Shown piece after piece: positions 47,166-59,200 of a stretch of 64,000 bases of DNA (position 1 is its first letter; each line of letters opens with the position of its first letter). Source of the DNA: a virus; the IMG/VR virus record IMGVR_UViG_3300020408_000003, positions 17,649-81,648 of that record. One strand, 5' to 3'. The translations under genes and the position numbers were made by a program. The notes below the pieces were generated by a model. The model did no database searches and was not told where the DNA came from. It saw only the letters and a list, made by a program, of their open reading frames with translations.

Positions 47166-48974
47166 TTAACTGTAATTCGTTACAAGGTTAGCATAATAAT
47201 TACTACCATCGTAAAATACTGTTAAAATATCTATTGTATTTGTACTTGACAATGTTTTATTACCTCCGGCGTATAAAAAACTAGATGTTAAAGTTCTTCC
47301 TGTACCGTTAGTGTTGATAATTAAAGTTAAACTTTGTCCAGCAACAGGATTATTAAAAGCGTTAAACGTTAAATTATTATTTAAATTAATCTTTTGAATA
47401 TTCCCGTTTATAACATCTGGAGTAATCGTTCCGCCTGTTGTGCCTATGTCATGAATATCTTCGTTATATTGTAAATTAGTAATTCTTGTTTGACCGGTAC
47501 CGTCTGGAACAAGTGCAATGTTTCCGTTTGATACTGAAACAATAGATTGTCCATTCACATCTAACTCTGCACTCAATTGTGGAGAACCATCATCGGTTAA
47601 AGCTCCCATTGCACCAATGTCACCTCTAACTTCAGTTGCACTTCTTCCTTCTAATCCAGATGCTGTAAATTTTGCATAATCACCACTTGTAACAGCTGCG
47701 TGATTGATAACTACAGTATTAGTATCTGCAATACCAAATGTTAAAGTATTTTGTTTTGTAGCGTCTTGTGTATCGACATACGCCTTTACAGATTCTGCAG
47801 ACGGAACATTAGTTGAAGTAGCACCCACAAAATCGTCAGCATCTAATATCGTTATAGTCGTATCAGTACCTGGTACAAATTTACTACCGTCCCATTTTAG
47901 TACATCATTATTGTTTGGAGCGCTTGTTGTTATATCAACGTCCGATAATTTATCGATACTAGTATTACCTAAATTTGTATCGTTTAAATATTTATTGGTC
48001 GATCCTTCTGTTAATGCAGTATCTGTATCTGGAACTGATGTTATATTTGAAAAAACTGGAGCAACTGTTGCGTTAATGTGTGCTGTTAATGCAGCTGCAT
48101 TAATTCTTGCCATAGCAACTGTACCTGTTGCGAGTGCAGATGCATTAAGATTTGTTACATTAGCTCCATCTCCATCAGTTGCTAAAGCGCCAATTCCAGC
48201 AGGCGTTGGTGGACTATATACTAATTCAACGCCATTAGCATCTGCGGTTGCTGCAATAGCACCATTACCTGTTGCGGTACCTTCAGCACCGACAGTTACT
48301 TCAGTCGCTAATAAAAATTTTCCGCCAGGTGCACCGGTAGGAACTGAATGACCGTTTAAAGTACCGGCAATCGTAACATCACTATCTGCTGCAATATTAT
48401 TAACAAACAGATTATTAAACATTTTACTTGTACTACCGAGATCTCGAGAACTATCAACATCTGGAATTAAATCACCTACATCGATAATACCGGCAGACGG
48501 TAAGAATCCCATAACTAATATATCTGCACCGTTTGCTGGAGCACTTGTAAAAGTTAAAGTTGTACCTGATAAACTATAGTTTGCCGGCGTATTCTGAATA
48601 ACACCATCAACGAAAACAAAGATATGATTTCCACTTGAATATGTTGTACTTAACGTAAAAGCTGTACTGCCATTACCGGTTAATTCTTGACGATTAACGC
48701 TATTAACAACCGTACCACCTCCGAACTCTAATCCAGTTCCGTCAGCTTTAACTAAAACTCCTTTACCGTTATTACCGGTATATGCAGAAGGAGTATCCGC
48801 TAAATCTAAAAAATCATCTGCAGCTGTTGCAAATGTTAAAGCTCCGCTTCCATCAGTCTGAATGAACTGACCAGCATTACCATCTTGAGTAGGATAATTG
48901 AGTGTTGCTGTCGATCCAGCTTGTGTATTTACGGCTAAACCATGTTTAGCAAGAAATTTTTTCTTTGTAGCCAT
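47166..48974 (-). CDS. Modular tail-fibre-like virion protein
   Basis: Short fibre modules (P..DG.AGQ...TDGSG.L.F, VFVDGVIQ, LSDVD....P....VLKWDG, SPQL...LDVNG). Confidence 0.7.
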   Translation of the reverse strand: MATKKKFLAKHGLAVNTQAGSTATLNYPTQDGNAGQFIQTDGSGALTFATAADDFLDLADTPSAYTGNNGKGVLVKADGTGLEFGGGTVVNSVNRQELTGNGSTAFTLSTTYSSGNHIFVFVDGVIQNTPANYSLSGTTLTFTSAPANGADILVMGFLPSAGIIDVGDLIPDVDSSRDLGSTSKMFNNLFVNNIAADSDVTIAGTLNGHSVPTGAPGGKFLLATEVTVGAEGTATGNGAIAATADANGVELVYSPPTPAGIGALATDGDGANVTNLNASALATGTVAMARINAAALTAHINATVAPVFSNITSVPDTDTALTEGSTNKYLNDTNLGNTSIDKLSDVDITTSAPNNNDVLKWDGSKFVPGTDTTITILDADDFVGATSTNVPSAESVKAYVDTQDATKQNTLTFGIADTNTVVINHAAVTSGDYAKFTASGLEGRSATEVRGDIGAMGALTDDGSPQLSAELDVNGQSIVSVSNGNIALVPDGTGQTRITNLQYNEDIHDIGTTGGTITPDVINGNIQKINLNNNLTFNAFNNPVAGQSLTLIINTNGTGRTLTSSFLYAGGNKTLSSTNTIDILTVFYDGSNYYANLVTNYS

Positions 48975-49008
48975 TGTCCTGTTTCCCTATCCACAGTTAA
49001 TTTATAAC

Positions 49009-49016
49009 TATTTATA
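49009..49016 (-). promoter_or_regulatory. Late promoter TATAAATA
   Basis: Exact consensus in an intergenic gap. Confidence 0.7.
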
Positions 49017-49027
49017 CATTTTGGATA

Positions 49028-50440
49028 TTAAAACGGGTGACTATTATCTGAAACTGGCCCAGTTCCTGAACTAGGAAAAAAGTTTAAACTATGATTACTT
49101 GCACTTCTATCTTGAGGAAGAGTTGATGAACTAGTATTATCTTGGCAAGTTAATAATACAGTACCACTAATTGCTGTAAGTGGACTTGTAGGTACTGTAA
49201 AAGCTGATGTGTAAATAGCTGTTCCTTTTATAACTCGAACATTAGAAATGTATCCATTAAAGAAGTAAGATCCGGAAAAATAAGTATGATCTCCAACATG
49301 AAATTTAAGTCCTCCAGCGCTGCCATAGTCCTTTATATCCCAGGGATTTGTTGAATTAGTTCCAGATAATGATCCATCATACCACATTTTATATGTTCCA
49401 CTTTCTTTTGTAAGTGCTATATGACGCCAATTATTATATTGATTTCCAATAGATTGAGTGATTAAAGAGCCATTATTATAATCTCCAGCAATTAAATTTC
49501 CGTTATCAATTTTCATTGAAACATATTGATTAATACCGACTTCCCATATATAATCAGGGTATGTTTGATTAACACTAGTATCAAAATTTGGTTTAATCCA
49601 CATTTCTACAGTAAAGTCAGCTAAACCAAACTCAAAATCAGACGAGGGAGAAGCAGTAGTAAAATAATCATTTGTACCATCAAAATAAGTTGAACCATTG
49701 GGTAAAAAACTTAAAGTAAAAGCACTAGCTGATGATGTAGCTACATTAACACCATCAGATGCAGAAAATGTTAAACTAAAAGAACCAGCGTGTGCGCTAT
49801 TTGTACTTGGAGTTATTTTAAAAAATTTATTTGTTGTGAGAGTATTTTCTGCTAATGCGCTGTATGTACCACCAGATGTTGCACTCGATGTTACTGTGGC
49901 AGTTGAACCTATTGATCCTACACTTACCGCATATTTGTATTGTAATGTGACACCTTCAGGATCGGACGCTGATATTTCAATACTTACTGGAGTACCATCA
50001 GTAGCAAGTGAATATGAAGCATTACCAGCTGATGATATTGTTGGTTCTTGATTTGTTATAGTCGCAACTTTATACCACGCGTTATTTGATGTATTCCAAA
50101 TATATACTATACCAGTTGCGATAACAAGAGCTTGGTCGCCTGCAGCTGCAGTTGCTGGTAAATCATTTAAAGTATTATATGCTTTTACACCACCAACACT
50201 TTCTGCCGTTGGTGAGCCTCCACCAGATACTTTTTGAAATTCGTGCGCACCGGTAGAACTTCTTTTTAAAATAATTTTGTCAGTAGATGTACCAAGATGA
50301 ATTTCTTCAGCAATTAATTTTCTATCATTACCACTGACATCTCTAACCATCAAGTTACCAGAACTATCAATAAGTTTTGTATTATTTAAAAATACTGGAT
50401 CTGTGCCTGATCTATTTGCTCTATCTCTGGCAATACTCAT
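49028..50440 (-). CDS. LamG/ConA-like domain fibre protein, short paralogue (one LamG module)
   Basis: Shared N-terminal module MSIARDRANR plus Ig-like domain; STYFDG...FTVEMW...WRHIAL...YISNVR. Confidence 0.8.
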   Translation of the reverse strand: MSIARDRANRSGTDPVFLNNTKLIDSSGNLMVRDVSGNDRKLIAEEIHLGTSTDKIILKRSSTGAHEFQKVSGGGSPTAESVGGVKAYNTLNDLPATAAAGDQALVIATGIVYIWNTSNNAWYKVATITNQEPTISSAGNASYSLATDGTPVSIEISASDPEGVTLQYKYAVSVGSIGSTATVTSSATSGGTYSALAENTLTTNKFFKITPSTNSAHAGSFSLTFSASDGVNVATSSASAFTLSFLPNGSTYFDGTNDYFTTASPSSDFEFGLADFTVEMWIKPNFDTSVNQTYPDYIWEVGINQYVSMKIDNGNLIAGDYNNGSLITQSIGNQYNNWRHIALTKESGTYKMWYDGSLSGTNSTNPWDIKDYGSAGGLKFHVGDHTYFSGSYFFNGYISNVRVIKGTAIYTSAFTVPTSPLTAISGTVLLTCQDNTSSSTLPQDRSASNHSLNFFPSSGTGPVSDNSHPF

Positions 50441-50452
50441 TGTATATACTTT

Positions 50453-53400
50453 CTAAAATGGATTAAGTCTCGTAGCAACACAATTATTTACAGGTATTAT
50501 CGTGCAATTTCCACTAGCATCAATTATTTGATTGCTGTGTTGAGCAGTTAATAACTTTGTATTTGTTATAGCAGTTAATGCTGAAGTTGGTACAGTAAAG
50601 TTACCGGTATATACTGGTGATCCAACTACTAATCTAAAATTAGATATATGACCAGTAAGAACCGCGTATTGTGCATAACCACCACCAATTGCAAGTCTAT
50701 TATAAGTAATATTTGTAGAATTTGTAAAGGTTGAAGTAAATGGCATATGTGTGCCATTAAAATATAATTTTATTTCATTATTATATCTAACAATAGCCAT
50801 ATGATACCATGTTAAAGGATTTATTATGGCACTACCACTTGTTTGCATAAAACCACTTCCAGAAGTAATATTAGATACATCAAACTTAGCACCATCAGCT
50901 CTAGTAGTACCTTTATTATGATATATTGTAAAACCATTGGCTGCACTAGTGCCTCCAGAAGAGGGAAATGGTACATAACTACTTGATGAAAATGACCAGT
51001 AACCATTGTATTCATAAATTTCTTGATTGGCACTACCAACACCAAAAAGACCTTTATCATAAAACCAATATTCTATACAAAAATCACCAGAACCTAATTC
51101 TATATTACTATCATCTACGTAAATGTAACGATTATCATAATCATCGCATTCAATAGAGCCATTAGCTTGTGAAAATGGAGATACATAACTACCTAATGGA
51201 TTACCAGATTGAATTAAAGTGTTACTTGCTGAACTATTATCTTTGAGATTAGCTGATTGAGCACCATATTGTGCAAAATTATAAGTACCATTCTTTGTTA
51301 TAGATATTGAATTATCAGATTCATCTACTATTATACCACTAGCATTACCCCTAATTAAAGTAAACAATTCAGTTTCTGAAGCAGTAGGATTGCTTACATT
51401 AGTTGTTGATTCATAATTTCCACCAGTTTTAGTAATATTTCTAGGTGGTGTAAATGCACCAGTATAAACTGCTTTTGAACAAAATCTTAATTGAGACATC
51501 CAAATTCCGCCATCAAGACCTTGACCGCCACCGGCATGTGTACCATTAGTTTTAAATTTTCCATCAGTTATATTGTAAGAACCACCATTTGTAGTTGAAA
51601 GTAATTCTACACCATCTATATAGACTTTTACATTTCCGCCTGTTCTAACCATAGCAAAATGATACCACTGATCTATATTTAATCCAACACCAGCAGTACC
51701 ATGAACGGTTCCACCACCACCTCCAAAAGCTGAACCACTACTTACTATACCAAGACTAGTAGGATTAGTACCACTTCCTGCGGAATAACCAAATCGATAA
51801 CCATTTTCCATATAATCAAACATAAGAGGATAAGCTACATCACCATGAGATTCAAATCTATAATAAAATTCAATAGTAAAATCACCAGTTCCTACTACAA
51901 GATTTGAGTCATTAATAGCAAGATTAGCATTTTTATTATAAGCCCATCCACAACCACCAGTTTCATATTTTGGCGCATTTTCTTTCAGTGCTAAAAATTT
52001 AGTATTTGTTCCACCAACAGCACTTAAATCAGTAGTTGGTACAGTAAAATTAGTAGCAAATGGAGTTTCCGCACTTCCGGCTGCATTACCATTTGCAGTG
52101 ATAGTGTAACCATTACTACTTGCATCAGTAATACTACCAGTACTATTTTGACAGGTTAATAGTTGTGTTCCGGATATGGCAGTTAAAGGAGAAGTTGGTG
52201 GTGTAAATCCAGAAGCAGCATAAACAGCACTGCCTGTAACAATTCTAAAATTGGAAATATAACCAGTCAATAGATGTGTAGTGTTATCCATATATCTGGA
52301 TCCTAATCTTATAGTACTTCCAGTCAGATTTACTGTTGCGGTTGCACTACCTTGTTGAACACCATTTTTATAAAGATAAAAAACATTTGAAATTCGTTGA
52401 AGAGCAACATGATACCAAACACCATTAGACCCAATCGCACCTCCAGAAAAACCAATCTGTGATGATCCTCCACCGTGTGTTACAAAAAACTTATCTATTG
52501 CTACAACAATTCCACCATCAGCACCACTAGCTTGACAAGTACTAAAATATCCATCATAACTGCCTGAAGTAGTGTGATATATCCAACCCTCCATTGTAAA
52601 ATCTCCAGTACCTGAAAGAGGATTTGTCGTATCTATATAATCTCCACTACCATCAAAAGAAGTTGAAGCACCAGTTTCTGGATTAAGTGTGTAAGCAAGT
52701 TGTCCTTTAACAATTCTAAAATTAGAAATATATCCTGTAAATTCTTTGGATCCAGAATGCTTATCAGCAATTCTCATTGTAGTCGCCGTAATATTTGCGG
52801 TACTACCAGTATAACTTCCAACTTCAACACCATTATGAAAAAGTTGTACTTTTCCACTACTATCTCTCGTAAAAGCTATGTGATACCAAGTAGTTTGATC
52901 TAAAGAGCCAACACTATATGTCAATTGTGTTTCACTATCAATTTGTGCTCTTATATCTCCATTTTTAAAAGTAACTCTTATATTTTCACTACCAATATCA
53001 TAAAGAAATATTGTAGAAGAACCATTAGTATCAAAATCGGGTATATAAAAACACTCTATAGAAAATGCACCCGTACCAAAAAGAAAAGATGCATTATCTG
53101 TAGCTTCTATACGATCACCAGAACCATCAAAATAAATAGAACCACCCACATCAAATCCTAAAGTAAATGAAGATGCACTTGAGTTAGCTACATTAACACC
53201 ATCAGATGCAGAGAATGTTAAACTAAAAGTACCCGCATGTGCAGTATTAGTTGAAGGTGTAACTTTAAAATATTTATTTGATGTAAGTGTATTTGCGTTA
53301 ATTGCACTATATGTTCCACCAGAAGTAGAACTTGAAGTCACTGTTGCGGTACTACCAAGAGATCCGCTTGTAACTTGATACTTATATTGAAGAGCAAGGC

Positions 53401-53887
53401 CTTCTGGATCTGTTGCCGCTATTTCAACTATAACCGGTGTTCCATCTGTCGCAAAGCTATACGAAGCATTACCTGCTGATGATATCGTAGGAGATGCATT
53501 TGTTACTGTTGCTATTTTATACCAACCTGTACCATTATAAATCATTAAGTTATTATTTGAAGTTACAAATTTTGTATCACCTGCACTATTACCAGTTAAT
53601 GGTAAATCACCTGGATTTGTAACTACACCAGTTCCAACTTGTGTAGTTTCAGTTGTTGAACCATCAGTAGTTTGAAATTGAACTTTACCTGTAGAACTAT
53701 CTCTTTTTACAATAACTCTATCGGAACCAGTACCAACTTGTAATTCTTCTGCAAAAACTTTTTTAAGTGTAGTACCATCTTGAGCAGTAACTTTTATATC
53801 GTTACTACCTTCAAGAGATAAACGCACATCACTAATGTTAATCGGATCACTACCTGATCTATTTGCTCTATCTCTTGACTTACCCAT
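50453..53887 (-). CDS. LamG/ConA-like multi-domain fibre protein, long paralogue (about four modules)
   Basis: Same N-terminal module; repeated DFTIE / WYH.A / YISNFR motifs. Confidence 0.8.
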   Translation of the reverse strand: MGKSRDRANRSGSDPINISDVRLSLEGSNDIKVTAQDGTTLKKVFAEELQVGTGSDRVIVKRDSSTGKVQFQTTDGSTTETTQVGTGVVTNPGDLPLTGNSAGDTKFVTSNNNLMIYNGTGWYKIATVTNASPTISSAGNASYSFATDGTPVIVEIAATDPEGLALQYKYQVTSGSLGSTATVTSSSTSGGTYSAINANTLTSNKYFKVTPSTNTAHAGTFSLTFSASDGVNVANSSASSFTLGFDVGGSIYFDGSGDRIEATDNASFLFGTGAFSIECFYIPDFDTNGSSTIFLYDIGSENIRVTFKNGDIRAQIDSETQLTYSVGSLDQTTWYHIAFTRDSSGKVQLFHNGVEVGSYTGSTANITATTMRIADKHSGSKEFTGYISNFRIVKGQLAYTLNPETGASTSFDGSGDYIDTTNPLSGTGDFTMEGWIYHTTSGSYDGYFSTCQASGADGGIVVAIDKFFVTHGGGSSQIGFSGGAIGSNGVWYHVALQRISNVFYLYKNGVQQGSATATVNLTGSTIRLGSRYMDNTTHLLTGYISNFRIVTGSAVYAASGFTPPTSPLTAISGTQLLTCQNSTGSITDASSNGYTITANGNAAGSAETPFATNFTVPTTDLSAVGGTNTKFLALKENAPKYETGGCGWAYNKNANLAINDSNLVVGTGDFTIEFYYRFESHGDVAYPLMFDYMENGYRFGYSAGSGTNPTSLGIVSSGSAFGGGGGTVHGTAGVGLNIDQWYHFAMVRTGGNVKVYIDGVELLSTTNGGSYNITDGKFKTNGTHAGGGQGLDGGIWMSQLRFCSKAVYTGAFTPPRNITKTGGNYESTTNVSNPTASETELFTLIRGNASGIIVDESDNSISITKNGTYNFAQYGAQSANLKDNSSASNTLIQSGNPLGSYVSPFSQANGSIECDDYDNRYIYVDDSNIELGSGDFCIEYWFYDKGLFGVGSANQEIYEYNGYWSFSSSSYVPFPSSGGTSAANGFTIYHNKGTTRADGAKFDVSNITSGSGFMQTSGSAIINPLTWYHMAIVRYNNEIKLYFNGTHMPFTSTFTNSTNITYNRLAIGGGYAQYAVLTGHISNFRLVVGSPVYTGNFTVPTSALTAITNTKLLTAQHSNQIIDASGNCTIIPVNNCVATRLNPF

Positions 53888-53904
53888 GCTTTTTCCTTTT
53901 TATG

Positions 53905-53912
53905 TATTTATA
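53905..53912 (-). promoter_or_regulatory. Late promoter TATAAATA
   Basis: Exact consensus in an intergenic gap. Confidence 0.7.
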
Positions 53913-53915
53913 ACA

Positions 53916-56195
53916 TTAACCAATATAAGTTGCAGAACCTGTTGATGAATAAACATGATAAGTATATCCACCGCTCGTATGAACACTATCTCCTTGACTA
54001 TTTTTTGCACCACCTGCATATCTAATAATTACTATACCGCTACCACCTGCTCCTGCTGCACCGTCACCTGCTCTACCACCGCCTGCGCCTCCACCGCCAC
54101 CAGTATTTGCGGCACCGTCTTGACCTACCCAAGTTTGTCCTGAACTAAAAGTTCCATCACCACCGCCACCTTGTCCACCATTGTGCGTAGCATTAGCGCC
54201 ATCATATTTTGATCCAGCTCCACCGCCTCCATAATAACCACTGTCTCCTGTAGAAGTTGCTGTAGCCCATGCTGAATAAGTATTCACACCATCACCGCCA
54301 TGTTGGTCAGTAGCATTAGCACCGGCTCCACCTCCGCCACCGCCGCCATAACCGCCCCAATGACCAAATCCATTAAAACCTGATACTTCTACACCATCAA
54401 TACCATAGCCTTGTCCTGGAATACTTTTACCTGATGTGCCACCGTTAATAGCATAACCGCCACCACCATTAGCACCATTACCACCAACTTCTGTGGCTGC
54501 TGAATTATTTCCTGCACCTCCGCCACCACCTCCTCTTGCTAATGCTAAATAAGATGTAAGAACTTTAGTATTAGCAGCTGCGCCATTATTCGCAGTTACA
54601 GTATAATTGTTAGAACTTGCGTCGGTAATTGCACCAGTACTATTTTGACAAGTTAATAAGATAGTATCTGAATCATTTGTAAAAGCAGCAGATGGTCTAG
54701 TAAAATCCGCACCGTATCTAGCTGTACTTGAAACTCTTACGTTTGACAAATATCCATGCATCGGTTCATAACCATCAGAATTTTCACCAATAGTAATTAA
54801 ACTTGCTGAAGGAGTTGCGGCCATATTTGTTGCTGAATTGTTATTATTACCTGCTACATTCTTTCCATCTATATACATACGAAAGTTTTGGCCTTCTTTA
54901 ACCCAAGCTAAATGAACCCATCTATTAGAAACTATATGATGCGCTGCATCATTAGTAAATAAATCACTAGTAGCAGCGCTGTAGACATACATTGCAGTAA
55001 GATTACTAGAGACTTTTCTTCTACCAAATATTATTCTTGTGCCTGAATTAAATTCTAAAATATTTTGTTCATCACCTGGTGCTTCATCATCATAAAATGC
55101 CCATGCTTCAACAGTAAAGTTTGCAAGAGAATTAATAATATTAGTTGAAGAAATAGTAAGATTATCATTATTTCCATCAAATTGTGTTGAACCAGCAAAA
55201 ACAGAACCGGCTCCATTTACTTGTACAGAACTTGCAGTACCGGGATTACCTCCTCCTCTAGTTGTTGATGCAGCTATACCTGCTCCACCTGCCCCTACTA
55301 CTATATCTAATTGTGTTCCAGGACTATAAGTGTATGTGCCTGATAAAATAACACCGCCTCCACCTCCAGCTCCAGATTGATAATCGGTAAAACCAGCTTT
55401 ACCACCGCCGCCGCCTCCACCAACAACTAATATTTCAATATCATGTGAAAATGCTAGAGTAAAAGCCGAAGCACTTGAATTTGCGACATTTACACCATCT
55501 GACGCATGAAATGTTAAGCTAAAAGCTCCAGAATAAGAACTATTTGTTGATGGTGTAATTTTAAAATATTTATTTGATGTTAAAGTGTTTTCAGCTAAAG
55601 CACTATAAGTTCCGCCAGATGTTGCACTACTCGTAACAGCAGCAGTAGCTCCACCTCCATTTGTTAGTGAACCTGATGTTACTGTATACTTATACTGTAA
55701 AGGTACTCCTTCAGGATCCGACGCAGTAACTTCTATACTTACAGGTGTTCCATCAGTAGCAAAAGAATAACTTGCATTACCAGCAGAAGATATCGTTGGA
55801 GTCGCATTTGTTATTTCAGCAACTTTATACCAACCAGATTTGTATACGTACATAAAATTATTAGCAGTAACAAGAGCCATTACACCTTCGTCCGCAGATG
55901 CTGGTAAATCACTTGTATTTGCGTAAATTGTTAAACCACCAGTTGGTTGATCAGCAGGTGAGCCTCCACCAGATACTGTTTGTAAATTAACTTTTCCTGT
56001 AGAACTATCTCTCTTAATGATAATTTTATCATTATCATCATCACCAATTTGCACTTCAGATGTGATTAATCTTTTTGGATTATCAGATGTATCTTGTACA
56101 ACAAGATCATCACTAGCATTAGAAGATATTTTACTCGCACCAATAACGAGTGGATCAGATCCTACTCTATTTGCTCTATCTCTAGCAATACTCAT
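53916..56195 (-). CDS. Fibre protein with a glycine-rich domain interrupted by a LamG module
   Basis: Shared N-terminal module; LVVGGGGGGG...GGSGIVIIRY Gly-rich domain with an internal STQFDG...YLSNVR module. Confidence 0.8.
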   Translation of the reverse strand: MSIARDRANRVGSDPLVIGASKISSNASDDLVVQDTSDNPKRLITSEVQIGDDDNDKIIIKRDSSTGKVNLQTVSGGGSPADQPTGGLTIYANTSDLPASADEGVMALVTANNFMYVYKSGWYKVAEITNATPTISSAGNASYSFATDGTPVSIEVTASDPEGVPLQYKYTVTSGSLTNGGGATAAVTSSATSGGTYSALAENTLTSNKYFKITPSTNSSYSGAFSLTFHASDGVNVANSSASAFTLAFSHDIEILVVGGGGGGGKAGFTDYQSGAGGGGGVILSGTYTYSPGTQLDIVVGAGGAGIAASTTRGGGNPGTASSVQVNGAGSVFAGSTQFDGNNDNLTISSTNIINSLANFTVEAWAFYDDEAPGDEQNILEFNSGTRIIFGRRKVSSNLTAMYVYSAATSDLFTNDAAHHIVSNRWVHLAWVKEGQNFRMYIDGKNVAGNNNNSATNMAATPSASLITIGENSDGYEPMHGYLSNVRVSSTARYGADFTRPSAAFTNDSDTILLTCQNSTGAITDASSNNYTVTANNGAAANTKVLTSYLALARGGGGGGAGNNSAATEVGGNGANGGGGYAINGGTSGKSIPGQGYGIDGVEVSGFNGFGHWGGYGGGGGGGAGANATDQHGGDGVNTYSAWATATSTGDSGYYGGGGAGSKYDGANATHNGGQGGGGDGTFSSGQTWVGQDGAANTGGGGGAGGGRAGDGAAGAGGSGIVIIRYAGGAKNSQGDSVHTSGGYTYHVYSSTGSATYIG

Positions 56196-56207
56196 TCTAT
56201 ATACTTT

Positions 56208-59200
56208 CTAAAATGGATTAATTCTTGTAGCGACACAATTATTATTCGATATTATTGTACAATTTCCACTGGCATCGATTATTTGGTTACTATGTTGAGC
56301 GGTTAATAACTTTGTATTTGTTATTGCGGTCAATGGCGAAGTTGGTACAGTAATGTAATCTCTAAAAGGAGCGACTGAAGAACCAGTAGCACTACCACTT
56401 GTATCAACCGTATGATTAACTGAACTTGCATCAGTTGGAGCTCCACTACTATTTTGACAAGTTAATAACTTTGTATTTGTTATCGCGGTTAATGGAGTAT
56501 TTGTTACATTAAAGTTAGAAGTATAAACAGCAGTACCAACTACTAATCTAAGATTTGAAATATATCCATCAAAATCGGCGCCAGTATTTGAATTATGTTT
56601 TCCTATAAAAGCTGTATTTCCTGTATAATTGTTAGTATCAACGTATACTTCATCATCTTTCACACCATTAAGAAATAATCTTGTAACACCACCACTTCTA
56701 ACAATAGCACAATGGTGCCAACCTCCAGTTGATATTCCATCAGCAGTAATTCTATAACCACTGTTTGCATATAATCTAAGATTACCAGACGTATTAAAAT
56801 TTACCATCAAACCTGCTGCATCATTTTCTCTTGTATCATATATAACACCACCATTAGTGAAAGCATCTGCATTAACCCAAAATTCTAATGTAAAATCATT
56901 AGTACCAATAACTAAATCAGTAGAAGTACTTCCCGAACTTGGAACTAATAAATTATCTCCGCTACCATCGAAAATAGTTGAACCACCACCGCCGCTACTT
57001 GGTGTATAAACACCAGATCCAACTACTAATCTAAAATTAGATATATGACCAGTAAGAACAGCATATTGTGCATAACTGCCACCAATTGCAAGTCTATCGA
57101 AAGTATAATTTGTATTAACCGAATGAGCTGAAGCAAATGGATAATATACACCATCAAAATATACTTTTATTTCACCGCTTTCTCTAATAATTGCCATATG
57201 ATACCATCTTAAAGGATCTATTATAGCTTTATTAACTGTTGAAAACCAACCATTACCACTACTATTTGTACTTTGAACTTGGAAAGATCCACCTGCTGAA
57301 GATGTGCTACCCTTTTGATGAGTCATTCCAAAAGCAGTTAATCCAGTAGAAGCATTTCCACCAGAATGGCTACTTACATGAAACGGTATTGCACCGGTAC
57401 CACTACTTGATCCAAATGCCCAATAACCATTATATGAATAAACTTCAGGATCAGTAGTTCCATCACCATATAAACCTTTATCCATAAACCAATATTCTAT
57501 ACAAAAATCATTAGTACCTAATACTATATCACTATCATCTACATAGATATAGCGATTATCATAATCGTCACATTCAATAGAACCACCAGTGCCTTGTGCA
57601 AATGGACTTGCATAACTACCTCTTGGACTACCAGATGGAGTTAAAGTATTAGCTGCTGAACTGTTATCTATGAGATTTGGTTGATTTATACCATATTGCG
57701 CTTGATTAACAGAGCTAGCTATTGTTACTGATATCCCGTTTTGACTATTGTCAGTTACACTAGATGTATAGTAATCTTTACCTCTCTGTATTAATAACAA
57801 TTCTGTTTCTGCAGCAGTAGGAACACTTACATTAGTTAATGATGTATAGTCACCACCAGTTTGTGTTAGTCGACCTCGTGGTGGTGTAAATGCACCAGTG
57901 TAAACTGCTTTTGAACAAAATCTAATTTCTGAATACCAAATTCCACCATTTATACCATAACCAGAAGCTGCGTGTTGGCCATTGATCATGAGTTTTCCAT
58001 CAGTTATATCATCAGAAGCGCCATTTGTAGTTGTAAGTAACTGTACGCCATCTATATAAGCTTTTATATTTCCACCTGTTCGAACTACAGCACAATGATA
58101 CCATTGTCCGAGATTTAATCCAACGTCAGTAGTACCATGAGCCCATCCACTTCTGTAAAGACCAAGACTAGTAGGAGCACTTCCACTTCCCGCTGAAATA
58201 CCAAATTGAATATTTTTATAAGCAAACAAAAGATAATATGAAGTGGCACTACTCCAGCTTTGAAACTTATAGAAAAATTCGAGAGTAAAATCACCAGTTC
58301 CTACTTCAAGAGCAGCATCATCAACTTGAAGCCCTTGATACCTAGAGTTAACATAAAAACAACCACCATTTTCGTATTTTGGTGCACTTTCTTTTAGAGC
58401 TAAAAGTTTAGTATTTGTTATAGCACCTAAATCAGAAGTTGGTACAGTTATTTGTCCATAAAATGGACCATCACTTGTTAAAATACTATGATTACTACCT
58501 TTTGTTACAGTAACATTGTTTGAGCTACCATCACTTAATGTTGATCCACTATTTTCTTGGAATAATAATAAAGATGTTCCACTTACCGCAGTTAGATTAG
58601 AAGTTGGTACTGTAAAACCGGCACTTGTATATAAAGCTGTACCTTTTATTACGCGAAAATTACTTACTTTACCTTTATCATAATGAGTATTACCATGACC
58701 AAATTCTGTCGTATCTGTTCCGCCTACAGAACCACTGTGGCTCTGACTATAGGTTTCTACACCATCTCTATATATTTTGATAGTATTACCATTTCTAACA
58801 AAAGCATAATGAAGCCATACATCTTGAGGAGCATTAGTTGACTCATAAACATAAGGTAAGCTAGAACCAAAAAATCCCCATTTACGAGTGCCAGTATCAG
58901 ATTGAATTGTAACAGCGTCAGTAGCATTATATTGATGATTTAAAATTGTTTGATAACCGCTATTAGTACTCCACTTATAGAAAAATTCTATTGTAAAATC
59001 ATTTGTTCCAAAATCAAAACTATCATTACTTGCTAAAGTTGTTATGTCAGCTGTTGCAAAATCTATACCAGAAGCAGCTGTAGTTGGAGTATAAGCTGCA
59101 GACCCTTTTACAACTCTTACATTAGACATATAACCATCTAAACAATAAGTAGCATTTGAACTATCACCATGTCTACCTAAGACAACTGGACCTTGATCTG